Shown: positions 9,068 to 18,619 of the stretch, piece by piece
How positions within the stretch are numbered: the first letter of the stretch is position 1
How the letters are laid out: every line of letters starts with the position of its first letter
From: Deferribacterales bacterium
GTDB taxonomy: Bacteria > Chrysiogenota > Deferribacteres > Deferribacterales > Geovibrionaceae
NCBI GenBank assembly: GCA_050253335.1
Contig: JBFWJG010000006.1
Location: forward strand, 1 to 64,000
DNA length: 64,000 nucleotides
Reading direction: 5' to 3'
Notes under the pieces: model-generated
Seen by the model: the letters and a program-made list of their open reading frames with translations, nothing else
Told to the model about the DNA's origin: nothing
The model's database searches: none
Made by a program: the position numbers and the translations under genes

Positions 9068-10552
9068 TCAGAACAGCATGATTATCTTCATGCCGCCGTT
9101 GCTTTTTTCGATGGAGAGGTTGCCGCCGTGTTTTTCCATGATGACGCTTGCGATGACAATCCCCCAGTAGTCAAAGCTCTGGGAAAGCATGTTGTGGTTC
9201 CATGGCTGGCACATTGTCTCAAGCACAGGCTGGGGAACATCAAGATCATCAACATAAATGCTGATAGCGAACCTTCCGTGGAGCACTTCAGTTGTGATTT
9301 TGAACTTCATGGGGGGCTCGTCGCCGAAGTAGCGTATTGTGTCCTTGAGAATATAGCAGAAACCTAGTTTCAGGAAGTTTTTGTTGGCCTCCATCCTGCA
9401 TGAGCGTGTAAACCGGAAGGTACAGTCGATCTCGTAATGATCAAGAAAATTATACAAAAAGGCGGAGAAGGTTTTATCAAATTTCTTCAGTGAGACGGCA
9501 CGGATCAGGCCATGGAAAAAGTCTGCTATGTCAAGATTATCGGTATATTTGAGATTGATTACGTTTGTATAATCGTTGTATCCGGTTACAATTTCCTCGA
9601 TGAGCTTAAACTTGTCGTCAACAATCTGCCAGCGGTGCTTCATCATGTCCGTCTGTTCGCCTGATTCCTTTATTTTTTTAAGAAATCCGCCTGCCACAGT
9701 GAGCGCATTGAGGATGTTGTGGGAAAGGTGTCTGGAAAGTCCTGATACAATGGCCTTTTCCTCAAGATATTTCATCTGCTTCTCAAGCTGAAGCTTTCTG
9801 CTGATATCCTGAAAAATAAGCTCATAGTGGATATCCTTCCCTTTTATCAGGGTCATATACCCCTGAATATCGATATATTCGCCGTCCCGCTTCTTCAGAC
9901 GGGCGTTTATATCGCCTATTGTGTCGCCCACAAGGGATTTGAGCCCTTCAACAAATTCAGCGCGCCTGTCCGATTCGAGAAGGAGGATGAAGTTCATCCT
10001 TTCTGTCTGTTCCTTGGCGTATCCTGTGGTTGTTGAAAACTTGTTGTTGGCGAAGATGATTTCCCCGCCTTCATTGATCTCGACTATGCTTTCGCCGGCG
10101 GAGTTTATAATGTTTTCCAGCTTATTTTTAAGGAACTGGATCTGGTTGTTCTTGCTTTCTATCAGGTTATACAGCTCAACCAGACCCTTGTTTGCCTCTG
10201 AAAGAAGGGCGTTCTGTTCTTCCAGAGCTCTGAGCTTGTTTATGCGGGGCGAAATGGAGTAGCCTTTTATTATCAGGCGCAGGGAGTTTATGATTACTTC
10301 AGGCGCCTCAGACGGGGATATACAGAGGACATCGTTATATTTATCGTTTGTGATTAGTATGTTAACCTTGTCTTTTGACGTGTTTTCATAGCTGTCCACA
10401 ACCAGAATGTCAGCCAGATCGGGGCTGGGAGTAAATGAAAACTGCCTGCTCAGTCCGGAGTCGATCTCCGGATAAGCCCCCAGGCTTTTAAATATCCGGG
10501 CTTCCAAGCTCGAGTATGAGCTCCTTTCTGATGGATTCGAGTGTTTGCTCAT
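9068..10552 (-). CDS. PAS-domain sensor histidine kinase-like protein (degenerate ATPase domain)
   Basis: Coiled coil, PAS (ESIVEINEGGEIIFANNKF...QDIS), H-box LSHNILNAL, C-terminal EKHGGNLSIE; start uncertain (TTG 10507 possible). Confidence 0.8.
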   Translation of the reverse strand: MSKHSNPSERSSYSSLEARIFKSLGAYPEIDSGLSRQFSFTPSPDLADILVVDSYENTSKDKVNILITNDKYNDVLCISPSEAPEVIINSLRLIIKGYSISPRINKLRALEEQNALLSEANKGLVELYNLIESKNNQIQFLKNKLENIINSAGESIVEINEGGEIIFANNKFSTTTGYAKEQTERMNFILLLESDRRAEFVEGLKSLVGDTIGDINARLKKRDGEYIDIQGYMTLIKGKDIHYELIFQDISRKLQLEKQMKYLEEKAIVSGLSRHLSHNILNALTVAGGFLKKIKESGEQTDMMKHRWQIVDDKFKLIEEIVTGYNDYTNVINLKYTDNLDIADFFHGLIRAVSLKKFDKTFSAFLYNFLDHYEIDCTFRFTRSCRMEANKNFLKLGFCYILKDTIRYFGDEPPMKFKITTEVLHGRFAISIYVDDLDVPQPVLETMCQPWNHNMLSQSFDYWGIVIASVIMEKHGGNLSIEKSNGGMKIIMLF

Positions 10553-13079
10553 CAGTTATTTTTTCTCCGTTCAGATCCGTGAGGTAGAACGAGTCCACAA
10601 CCTTGTCGACATCGGTGGAAATTTTTGCCTTGATAAGGTTGAGTCCAAGTTTTTTAAATATTCCCAGGATGTTATACAGAAGCCCCAGTCTGTCTTCGGT
10701 AAAGATATCAAGGATGGTGTACTGGCCTGATATCTCGTTGTCGAAGACTGCCTTGTCTTTTCTGTATGCAACCGGAGATTGTTTCTTTCCGAAAACAGCC
10801 TGCTTGCTTTCAAGGGCGCGGTCTATGTCAAAATTGCCGAGGACGGCTTCCTTAACCCTTTTAACCATATTATCACACTTTTCTTCGATACTGTCTCTCT
10901 GATCCCACGGGTTCTGGACAATAAGCTTGTCAATTGTGATATTATTGGCGAGGGTGTTGATCTGCGCCCACATAATGTTGAGCCCCAGAGAGGAAAGCGC
11001 TCCCGCCATTCTGCGGAGCACGCCTGCGTAGTCCTGTGTGCAGACGCTGATCTCGATTCCGCCCAGATCCTCTCTTAGTTCGGTCTCTATAATTACATCA
11101 TGGCTGTTTTTAACCTTAACGGCAAGATGAAGCAGCCGGATTATATGCCCAACGGAGTTGGTGTAAAGAAGCTCTTCGTCTATGCTTTTTGCTAGCTCCT
11201 GAAGCTCCTCGTTGTCCGCTGTGCGCTCAAGCAGTTTTTCCCGCTTGCGTGAGATAACTTTTTCCTGTTCCTGCTCAAGGTTTTCTGTGTCAAGGCTGTT
11301 GAGCGCCTTTTGATAAAGCTCGCTCAGGAGCGAGTGCCGCCATTCGTTAAAAACCTTGCCGCCGACGGCGTTCATGTCGGCGTATGTCAGGAGAAAGAGA
11401 AGCGCAAGCTCCTCTTTGGAGCTTATGTAGTTGAGGAAGTGGCGTATTACCTCCACATCGTGAATATCCCTTCTCTGGGCTATTTTGCTCATGAGGAGAT
11501 GGTGCAGCACAAGGTTCGAGACCACGTCCGTGTCATCCATACTCATCCCAAGACGGCGGCAGATTATCTTGCTCATGCGCGCGCCGACTTCGGAGTGGTT
11601 TTTACCCTGCCCCTTGCCTATGTCATGGAGAACAACCGAAAGCGCCAGAAGATCCTTCCTCTCAATTTTGTTCAGCACTTCCAGATAGATCGAGAGGTGC
11701 GGGGGATTGTCCAGAAGAAGCCTGTCTATATATCCGAGAGCGAGAAAAGTGTGCTCGTCCACTGTGTAGTGGTGGTAATAATCGAACTGCGGTTTGCAGT
11801 CAATCTCCTCAAACTCGGGAATCATTGCCTGAAGCACTCCTGCTTTCGCCATCCGTGTGCATATTTCGGATGAATCAGGGAAGCGGGAGAGGATCTTGAG
11901 GAAAAGCTCGCCGTACTGGCGGATGTATTTGCCGTCAATCATATAGAGGCTGGCGCGTATCGCGTCATATGTGCTGTCGGAGATTTTAAGTCCCTGAACC
12001 GAGGCAAACATGAAAACAGTCAGCAGTCTTTTTGGTTTTTCAATGAACACGCCTTTGTTTTTCAGGGTAAGCTGGTTGCCGTATTTTATAAACCCCTCGC
12101 CTAGATCGGAGACCTTGACTGATTTGCGGTGAAGCATTTTCAGTGTGAGTTCGGACATTGTGCGGTTGATTACCCTTTCGGTTATTTCCGCTATGGACTT
12201 TGCGTTTTTGTAGTAATCCCGCATAAAGTTTTCAACGCTCATTATTGTGGATGTGGAGCGGTAGCCGAGAACCTCCGCCAGATCCTTCTGTGCGTCGAGG
12301 CTCATTATATCGTATTTACGGTTATGGTAATAGTGAAGCTCGTTGCGGATTTTGAAAAGAAACTCGGTGGACTTATCCAGAGCGGCGAGTTCATCCGGCA
12401 TGAGCATATTGTTGTCTATAAGCGCCTTGAGGGAGCTTGTCTTGAACTGTATTTTGCAGATCCAGCAGATTGTGTTTATGTCCCGCAGGCCGCCGCTCCC
12501 TTCTTTGATGTTGGGTTCCAGACGGTAAATGGAATCCCTGAACTTGCTGGAGCGTTTTCTCACGGACTGGATCTTGCTGAGGAGAAAGGCGTTCACGCCT
12601 TTTTCCGCCAGACGGTCGTTCATGACCGAGCGGAACAGGTCATAAACACGGGTGTCTCCGGTGAGAAAACGGTTGTCTATGAAGGATGTGCGCACAACAT
12701 CATCCTCAAGGGCGGCATCCGCCACTTCGCCTATCTCTTTTATCTGGATTCCCGGGTTTGTGCCGATGTCCCACATATCCGCCGTGAAAAGGCTCAGAAA
12801 CTCCTTCTGCTTTTCGGTGAGCTCACCTTCATGGAGTATGAGAAGATCAATGTCCGAGTGAGGAGCCATCTGCTTGCGGGCATATCCGCCCAGAGCAAGG
12901 AAAGACAGCCCTCCCGCATACCATGAATGTTTCTGAACCAGAGTCATGATAAGCTGATCCACCAGTGAGGTTATGTTCTCCAGAACCTCTTTTGCTGTGC
13001 GGCCTTTTGTTCTGCTGTCTTCCTTTATGCGGTTCCACTGTTCTTTGTAGCTTTTTTTTATGTTGTTTGCGTCGATCAT
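10488..13079 (-). CDS. glnD: [protein-PII] uridylyltransferase
   Basis: ALGGYAR..APHSDIDL NTase motif, EPNIKEGSGGLRD, HHYTVDEH, LHDIGKG HD domain, two C-terminal ACT domains. Confidence 0.97.
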   Translation of the reverse strand: MIDANNIKKSYKEQWNRIKEDSRTKGRTAKEVLENITSLVDQLIMTLVQKHSWYAGGLSFLALGGYARKQMAPHSDIDLLILHEGELTEKQKEFLSLFTADMWDIGTNPGIQIKEIGEVADAALEDDVVRTSFIDNRFLTGDTRVYDLFRSVMNDRLAEKGVNAFLLSKIQSVRKRSSKFRDSIYRLEPNIKEGSGGLRDINTICWICKIQFKTSSLKALIDNNMLMPDELAALDKSTEFLFKIRNELHYYHNRKYDIMSLDAQKDLAEVLGYRSTSTIMSVENFMRDYYKNAKSIAEITERVINRTMSELTLKMLHRKSVKVSDLGEGFIKYGNQLTLKNKGVFIEKPKRLLTVFMFASVQGLKISDSTYDAIRASLYMIDGKYIRQYGELFLKILSRFPDSSEICTRMAKAGVLQAMIPEFEEIDCKPQFDYYHHYTVDEHTFLALGYIDRLLLDNPPHLSIYLEVLNKIERKDLLALSVVLHDIGKGQGKNHSEVGARMSKIICRRLGMSMDDTDVVSNLVLHHLLMSKIAQRRDIHDVEVIRHFLNYISSKEELALLFLLTYADMNAVGGKVFNEWRHSLLSELYQKALNSLDTENLEQEQEKVISRKREKLLERTADNEELQELAKSIDEELLYTNSVGHIIRLLHLAVKVKNSHDVIIETELREDLGGIEISVCTQDYAGVLRRMAGALSSLGLNIMWAQINTLANNITIDKLIVQNPWDQRDSIEEKCDNMVKRVKEAVLGNFDIDRALESKQAVFGKKQSPVAYRKDKAVFDNEISGQYTILDIFTEDRLGLLYNILGIFKKLGLNLIKAKISTDVDKVVDSFYLTDLNGEKITDEQTLESIRKELILELGSPDI

Positions 13080-13085
13080 GTCATC

Positions 13086-13550
13086 CTATTGATAAACAAA
13101 ATTTTCAAAATATATGTCTTTTGCCGCTTCCGGACCGTAAGCCGCGGTCAGGGTGCGTTCTATATTTCTTTTCAGGGTTTCCTTCCCCGCGGGGGAATCA
13201 AGCATTGAAGGGCTTGTCATGCTTATGGCCTCCGTTACGGCCGCTGCCGTGCTGTCGGTGTTTTTCCCCATAAGTCCTGCGGCTTTGCCGTTTTCGGTGC
13301 TGATGGTTACATCAAGACGGACATAAACGCTTCTTCCGCCTTCGGAGGTGGTGCCCACCACATCTTTAAGCTGAACATGGTATTCACTGCCTATTTTAAC
13401 TGTTTTGGATGAGTAGGAGCGGAAAACGCTTTTGTCGTTGTCAATCATGTTCTCAAACATGGGAACAAAGCTCTGCCTGAACTGAAAGATATATATCAGC
13501 AGGAGAACAGCAAGGATAATATATAATGCCCGAAGGATGTATTTCTTCAT
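13086..13550 (-). CDS. fliL: flagellar basal body-associated FliL family protein
   Basis: Single N-terminal TM helix; C-terminal GKETLK..I...DIYFENFVYQ typical of FliL. Confidence 0.75.
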   Translation of the reverse strand: MKKYILRALYIILAVLLLIYIFQFRQSFVPMFENMIDNDKSVFRSYSSKTVKIGSEYHVQLKDVVGTTSEGGRSVYVRLDVTISTENGKAAGLMGKNTDSTAAAVTEAISMTSPSMLDSPAGKETLKRNIERTLTAAYGPEAAKDIYFENFVYQ

Positions 13551-13766
13551 ATACTGTATTTTAGCAGAATAAGAGAAATGAGAAAATAGAAAAGCCTTCC
13601 TTTTTGAATGCAAAGGATATATGGTTTCACCATGTTAGACGCAGATTCCCTCGGGATGAATACAAAAGGCGCCCGCTTCTTCTGGAAACGGACGCCTTCC
13701 GGGTTTATCGTAGAAAACCTACAGGGTTCTGTAATTTTAAAAAAAACAGACGGATCTCCACCATCT

Positions 13767-15011
13767 ATGAATATTTACATTTATACCTTCGGATGCAAAG
13801 TAAATCAAGTGGAAAGTGAACACCTTATCGGCAGAGCGGCCGAAAACGGCCTGACTGTTGTCGGCGAGGCTTCTCTGGCTGACGCCGTCATCATCAACTC
13901 CTGCGCGGTTACTGAGCGTGCGGTCAATAAGATGCTTTCGCTTTTGCGTAAAATAAAAAAGAACAGACCCGATGTTTTCGCACTGGTGACAGGCTGCGCG
14001 GCTGATCTTCTGACAGAAAAACTTAAAGAGAGCGGCACAGACATTGTTGTGACCAACGCCGGAAAGAAGGACGCGGTTGAATATCTGCTTGAAAAGCGGG
14101 ATTTTTACAAATCCATAGAGACAAGAACCGTGCTTGACATAGGCTACACGCCGATGAAAAGCCGCACAAGAGCTTTTGTGAAGATTCAGGACGGGTGCGA
14201 TTCCTTCTGCTCATACTGCATTATCCCCATGCTGAGGGGTAAGCCTGTGAGCAAACCGGAAAGCGATGTCATAAGCGAGGTAACAAGGCTTGTGACGGAA
14301 GGGCACAGGGAGATTGTCCCTGTGGGGATCCACATAGGCAAATACGGGCAGGATACGGGCTCAAGCCTTGCCGCTCTTCTGGAAAAGCTTGTCGCAGTCG
14401 AAGGCGACTTCCGCATACGCCTCACCTCAGTGGAGCTCAACGAGCTGGACGGAAGGCTTGAGGAGCTTTTTCACAATGAAAAAATATGCAGGCATCTCCA
14501 CATACCGCTTCAGAGCGGCTCAACTGAAATACTGAAAAAAATGAACAGACATTACACCGCGGAAGAGTACATAGACAAGGTCTCCGCTTTTAAACAGAAA
14601 ATAAACGGCCTCACTGTGGGAGCGGATGTCATAACAGGCTTTCCAGGGGAGACCGAGGAGCATTTTGCCGAATGCGTTAATACCATATGTTCATCAGGAG
14701 TTGATTTTCTCCATGTATTTCAATATTCTGACAGAGAAGGAACGGCGGCAAGCGGCATGACGGACAAAGTGAAGGGTGCTGTTAAAAAGACCCGTGCGGA
14801 GCATCTGCGGCTCCTCGGCGAAAGGCTCAAGGCCGAAGCCGCGGACAGGTGCATCGGCAAATCTTTCAGAGTGCTCGCACAGAAGGACGGCGGCGGCATT
14901 ACAGATAATTATTTTGATGTCAGTATGCCCGCAGGCTGTGAACCGAACCGTTTTTACACTATGAAGATAACAGGACGAGGGGAGGACGGCGTTCTGTACG
15001 GAGAGGAATAA
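13767..15011 (+). CDS. mtaB: tRNA t6A37 methylthiotransferase
   Basis: TFGCKVNQ, INSCAVT, RTRAFVKIQDGCDSFCSYC radical SAM motif; ORF also open upstream to 13608. Confidence 0.93.
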   Translation: MNIYIYTFGCKVNQVESEHLIGRAAENGLTVVGEASLADAVIINSCAVTERAVNKMLSLLRKIKKNRPDVFALVTGCAADLLTEKLKESGTDIVVTNAGKKDAVEYLLEKRDFYKSIETRTVLDIGYTPMKSRTRAFVKIQDGCDSFCSYCIIPMLRGKPVSKPESDVISEVTRLVTEGHREIVPVGIHIGKYGQDTGSSLAALLEKLVAVEGDFRIRLTSVELNELDGRLEELFHNEKICRHLHIPLQSGSTEILKKMNRHYTAEEYIDKVSAFKQKINGLTVGADVITGFPGETEEHFAECVNTICSSGVDFLHVFQYSDREGTAASGMTDKVKGAVKKTRAEHLRLLGERLKAEAADRCIGKSFRVLAQKDGGGITDNYFDVSMPAGCEPNRFYTMKITGRGEDGVLYGEE

Positions 15012-16669
15012 TGGGAAGAAAAATTGTGGTAATAGGCGGTGTTGCCGCCGGAGCGACAGCGGCCGCAAAAGCAAGAAGAACAGACGAAAGCTCGGAAATA
15101 ACCGTCCTTGAAAAAGGAAAATACATCTCATACGCCAACTGCGGGCTGCCGTACTACACTGGCGGCGTTATCAAACCCCGCAAAAAAATCCTCCTCCACA
15201 CCCCGGACACATACGGAACACGCTTTAACGCTGATGTTCTGGTGAACACGGAAGCAACCTCCATAAACCGCAGTGCCCGCACAGTTACAGTAAGAGACAA
15301 AAACGGTGAAAGGGATATTCCCTATGACAAGCTGATAATAGCAGTGGGCGGCAAAACAATCATTCCGCCCATAAAAGGAATAGACAAAACGCCTTATTTC
15401 ACCATGCGCACTGTGGATGATGCGGACGCGGTGCGGAAATACATAGAGAAAAACAAGCCGAAAACAGCCGCAATAATAGGCGGAGGGTTCATCGGAGTGG
15501 AAACCGCAGAGGCGATGATGCACTGCGGGATAAAAACCACAGTGATCGAGGCGAAGCCCGAGATAATGCCCAATATGCCGGGGGTAGTCGCCATGAACCT
15601 CCGTGAGCACATGGAGAGAAAGGGGATAAGCTTCAGGCTCGGCGTATTTGCCCAGAGGGTCGAAAAAACAGTCAAGGATAAAACAGACATAAGCCTTTCA
15701 GACGGAACCCTCCTTAAAGCAGACATGCTGTTTCTATGCGCTGGAGTAACGCCCGATACGGCACTCGCCAAAGAGTGCGGCCTTGAGATAGGCCAAACGG
15801 GCGGCATAGCGGTGGATGACACCATGCGCACAAGCGACAGGGATATATTCGCCGCCGGAGATGTGGCGGAAAAGCTCAACCGCATCACCGGAAAAAAGGT
15901 TCTTCTGCCTCTGGCGGGCCCTGCCAACAGGGAAGGGCGCACAGCGGGCTATAACGCCGCCACGGACGGGGACATGAAGTTTCCGGGGGTGGTCGGCACT
16001 TCCATAGTCGGTTTCGACGGATATTCCGCCGGACAGGCCGGGCTCACATACGAGCAGGCTGTTCAGGCGGGGCTGGAGGCGGACTATGTTTACACAGAAG
16101 ATGCGGACATCGCAGAGTATTACCCGGGGCATACATATATATTCATCATGACTGTTTTTGAGAAAAAGACAGGCAGGCTTCTGGGCTGCGCCGCTTCCGG
16201 AGAAAAGGGAGTGGACAAGCGGCTTGACGCTGCTTCTGTTGCCCTTTATGCGGGCTTGAGCGTGTTCGATCTTGAACATCTGGAATTTGCCTATGCTCCG
16301 CAGTTCGCAAAAGCAAAGGATAATCTGAACATTGCCGGTTTTGTGGCGTCAAATAAACTGAGAGGAACAGGCTACGCTGTTAATCCGGAGGAGTTCGCCG
16401 AGGTGCGCAGGAAAGGCGGAATCCAGATTCTTGATGTGCGCACGCTTAAAGAGCACGACGCGGCCTGTGTGAAAGGTTCTGTGAATATCCCTGTCAATGA
16501 GCTGCGCGGCAGGCTCGGCTCCCTTGATCAGTCAAAGCCTGTGTATGTTTACTGCGCCGTGGGCTTCAGGGGCTATCTTGCGGTTAAAATGCTTCGCAAC
16601 TCAGGATTTGAGGCTTACAATGTCTCAGGCGGGATGGAAACAATCGCGAGGCTCGAAAAAAATCTCTGA
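15011..16669 (+). CDS. CoA-disulfide/persulfide reductase with C-terminal rhodanese domain
   Basis: GGVAAG FAD motif, SYANCGLPY active Cys, GGGFIG NAD motif, YAPQF, rhodanese YCAVGFRG. Confidence 0.92.
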   Translation: MGRKIVVIGGVAAGATAAAKARRTDESSEITVLEKGKYISYANCGLPYYTGGVIKPRKKILLHTPDTYGTRFNADVLVNTEATSINRSARTVTVRDKNGERDIPYDKLIIAVGGKTIIPPIKGIDKTPYFTMRTVDDADAVRKYIEKNKPKTAAIIGGGFIGVETAEAMMHCGIKTTVIEAKPEIMPNMPGVVAMNLREHMERKGISFRLGVFAQRVEKTVKDKTDISLSDGTLLKADMLFLCAGVTPDTALAKECGLEIGQTGGIAVDDTMRTSDRDIFAAGDVAEKLNRITGKKVLLPLAGPANREGRTAGYNAATDGDMKFPGVVGTSIVGFDGYSAGQAGLTYEQAVQAGLEADYVYTEDADIAEYYPGHTYIFIMTVFEKKTGRLLGCAASGEKGVDKRLDAASVALYAGLSVFDLEHLEFAYAPQFAKAKDNLNIAGFVASNKLRGTGYAVNPEEFAEVRRKGGIQILDVRTLKEHDAACVKGSVNIPVNELRGRLGSLDQSKPVYVYCAVGFRGYLAVKMLRNSGFEAYNVSGGMETIARLEKNL

Positions 16670-16749
16670 AAAATATTCCCTGCGGTTGCATTCCTGGCTC
16701 CGCAGTGAGATATTATAGATTACCGGACAGGCACAAAGGGGGATATTCT

Positions 16750-17100
16750 ATGTCTTGCGAACCGGGACAGGTACTGAACGCCGACGGAAGCGGAGGGGCG
16801 CGGAGTTCTTCCGTCATTTCCGCTGAAAACTTTATGAAGCTTGCTCCTGAAAGCATTCAGGTGATAGACATACGAACAAAAACTGACTTTGCCAAAGACG
16901 GCCTCAAGGGTGCGGTAAATATTTTTCTCCATGACATAGTAAATGAGGCGGATAAGATAGACAAAAGCCGCCCTGTTTATGTATATTGCGCTAACGGCTC
17001 CAAAGGCTCCATAGCCGTTATGGTGTTAAGGGACCTCGGTTTCGAGGTTTATAATATAGACGGCGGCATCGCCGCCTTCAAGGAAACAGGGAACATTTAA
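16750..17100 (+). CDS. rhodanese-like sulfurtransferase
   Basis: IDIR...GAVNI...[11 protein letters not shown]...YNIDGG; GGGG RBS. Confidence 0.88.
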   Translation: MSCEPGQVLNADGSGGARSSSVISAENFMKLAPESIQVIDIRTKTDFAKDGLKGAVNIFLHDIVNEADKIDKSRPVYVYCANGSKGSIAVMVLRDLGFEVYNIDGGIAAFKETGNI

Positions 17101-17117
17101 TTCAAGGAGATTTCAGG

Positions 17118-17996
17118 ATGGATACTATTCTCAGAACGGATATGCCGAAACTTAAATTTATCGGCAGCGGAAAGGTCAGGGATATTTATGATCTGGGCGA
17201 GCAGATGCTTATCGTCACAACGGACAGAATATCCGCCTTTGATGTCGTTCTCCCCAACGGAATACCCGGAAAAGGGAAAGTTCTTACCAAACTCAGCAAA
17301 TTCTGGTTCGAAAACACAAAAGACATAGTGGAAAACCACCTTATTACCACTGAAGTGGACGAAATGCCTGAAGTCTGCCGTGAGTACAGAAGCCAGCTTG
17401 AGGGACGCTCAATGCTGGTGAAAAAGGCGAAGCCGTTCCCCTTTGAGTGCGTTGTGAGAGGCTATATAACAGGTTCCGGCTGGAAGGACTACAAAGCCAC
17501 AGGCGAAATCTGCGGCATTAAGCTTCCCGCAGGGCTTATTGAGTCTCAGAAATTCGAAACGCCTCTTTTTACCCCTGCCACTAAGGCGGAAGTGGGCGAA
17601 CATGATGAAAATGTCTCGTTTGAGAGGATGGCGGCGGATCTCGGTAAAAAGGATGCGGATGAGCTTAAACGCCTCACTGTAGCCGTTTATGAGAGAGCAA
17701 GGGACATAGCCGATGCCAAAGGGATCATAATCGCCGACACCAAGCTTGAGTTCGGAATCTATGAAGGGAAGATAATCCTCATTGATGAGGTTCTCACGCC
17801 GGACTCATCCAGATTCTGGAAAAAAGCGAGCTATCAGGCGGGCAAACCGCAGGACAGCATGGACAAGCAGTATGTCCGCAACTATCTGGAAACCCTCGAC
17901 TGGGACAAAAAAGCCCCCGGCCCCAAACTTCCTGATGACGTGGCTCAGAAAACCTCTGAAATCTACCACGGCATTATGGATATATTAATGAAATAG
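17118..17996 (+). CDS. purC: SAICAR synthase
   Basis: [43 protein letters not shown]. Confidence 0.98.
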   Translation: MDTILRTDMPKLKFIGSGKVRDIYDLGEQMLIVTTDRISAFDVVLPNGIPGKGKVLTKLSKFWFENTKDIVENHLITTEVDEMPEVCREYRSQLEGRSMLVKKAKPFPFECVVRGYITGSGWKDYKATGEICGIKLPAGLIESQKFETPLFTPATKAEVGEHDENVSFERMAADLGKKDADELKRLTVAVYERARDIADAKGIIIADTKLEFGIYEGKIILIDEVLTPDSSRFWKKASYQAGKPQDSMDKQYVRNYLETLDWDKKAPGPKLPDDVAQKTSEIYHGIMDILMK

Positions 17997-18076
17997 AGTA
18001 CGTTTTAAGTTATGAAAAAGCAGTTTGTCAGCAACCCGAATCGGGGATTTTTTTTAACTAATCATAGGAGTTCGGT

Positions 18077-18397
18077 ATGAAATTCGGAATTATTCTTCAG
18101 TCAAACGATCCCGAAACGGCATGGAACGGAGTGCGCTTCGGTGCCGCATCTCTCAGAAAGGGGCACGAAGTCAAGATCTTCCTTATGAGCAAAGGTGTTG
18201 AAAGCATTAAGATAGACAGCGGCAAATATAATGTGAAGGCTATGTTTGATGAATTTACCGATGGAGGCGGAGTTCTGCTCGCCTGCGGAACCTGCATAAA
18301 ATCGAGGGAGATGGGAGAGAACGGCGCCTGTCCGATCTCAACAATGGACGACTGCATCGAAATGGTCGAATGGGCAGACAGGGTTGTCACCTTCTGA
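18077..18397 (+). CDS. DsrE-family protein
   Basis: GHEVKIFLMSKGVE, LACGTCIKSR, WADRVVTF. Confidence 0.88.
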   Translation: MKFGIILQSNDPETAWNGVRFGAASLRKGHEVKIFLMSKGVESIKIDSGKYNVKAMFDEFTDGGGVLLACGTCIKSREMGENGACPISTMDDCIEMVEWADRVVTF

Positions 18398-18423
18398 AAA
18401 ACATAACAGTTTCAAGAATCATC

Positions 18424-18525
18424 CGTCATTCTGAACGCAGTGAAGAATCTCTGTGTTGATAACATTTCGCGCGGTGAAATTCCGTTAGTGGAATTATGAG
18501 ACTCTTCGCCGGCGCTCGGAGTGAC
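18424..18525. repeat. inverted pair of CGTC-type REPs (REPIN-like)
   Basis: CGTCATTCTGAACGCAGTGAAGAATCTC ... GAGACTCTTCGCCGGCGCTCGGAGTGAC. Confidence 0.85.
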
Positions 18526-18559
18526 TCAAAGATATTGTAAAAGAACTTTGTCAGCAAAC

Positions 18560-18590
18560 AAAAAAGCCGCCCTTGTGAGGCGGCTTTTTC
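18560..18590. terminator. bidirectional intrinsic terminator
   Basis: AAAAAAGCCGCC-CTTGTGA-GGCGGCTTTTT between convergent genes. Confidence 0.85.
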
Positions 18591-18619
18591 TATAGGGGCC
18601 AGTTTTATATTTTAAAAAA

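Noticed and set aside
12129..12926. 265-aa plus-strand ORF
   Set aside because: Antisense to the well-supported glnD.
13750..13763. ...GGATCTCCACCA resembling a tRNA-Ala/tmRNA 3' end
   Set aside because: No T-arm (GTTCGA) and no matching 5' acceptor strand.
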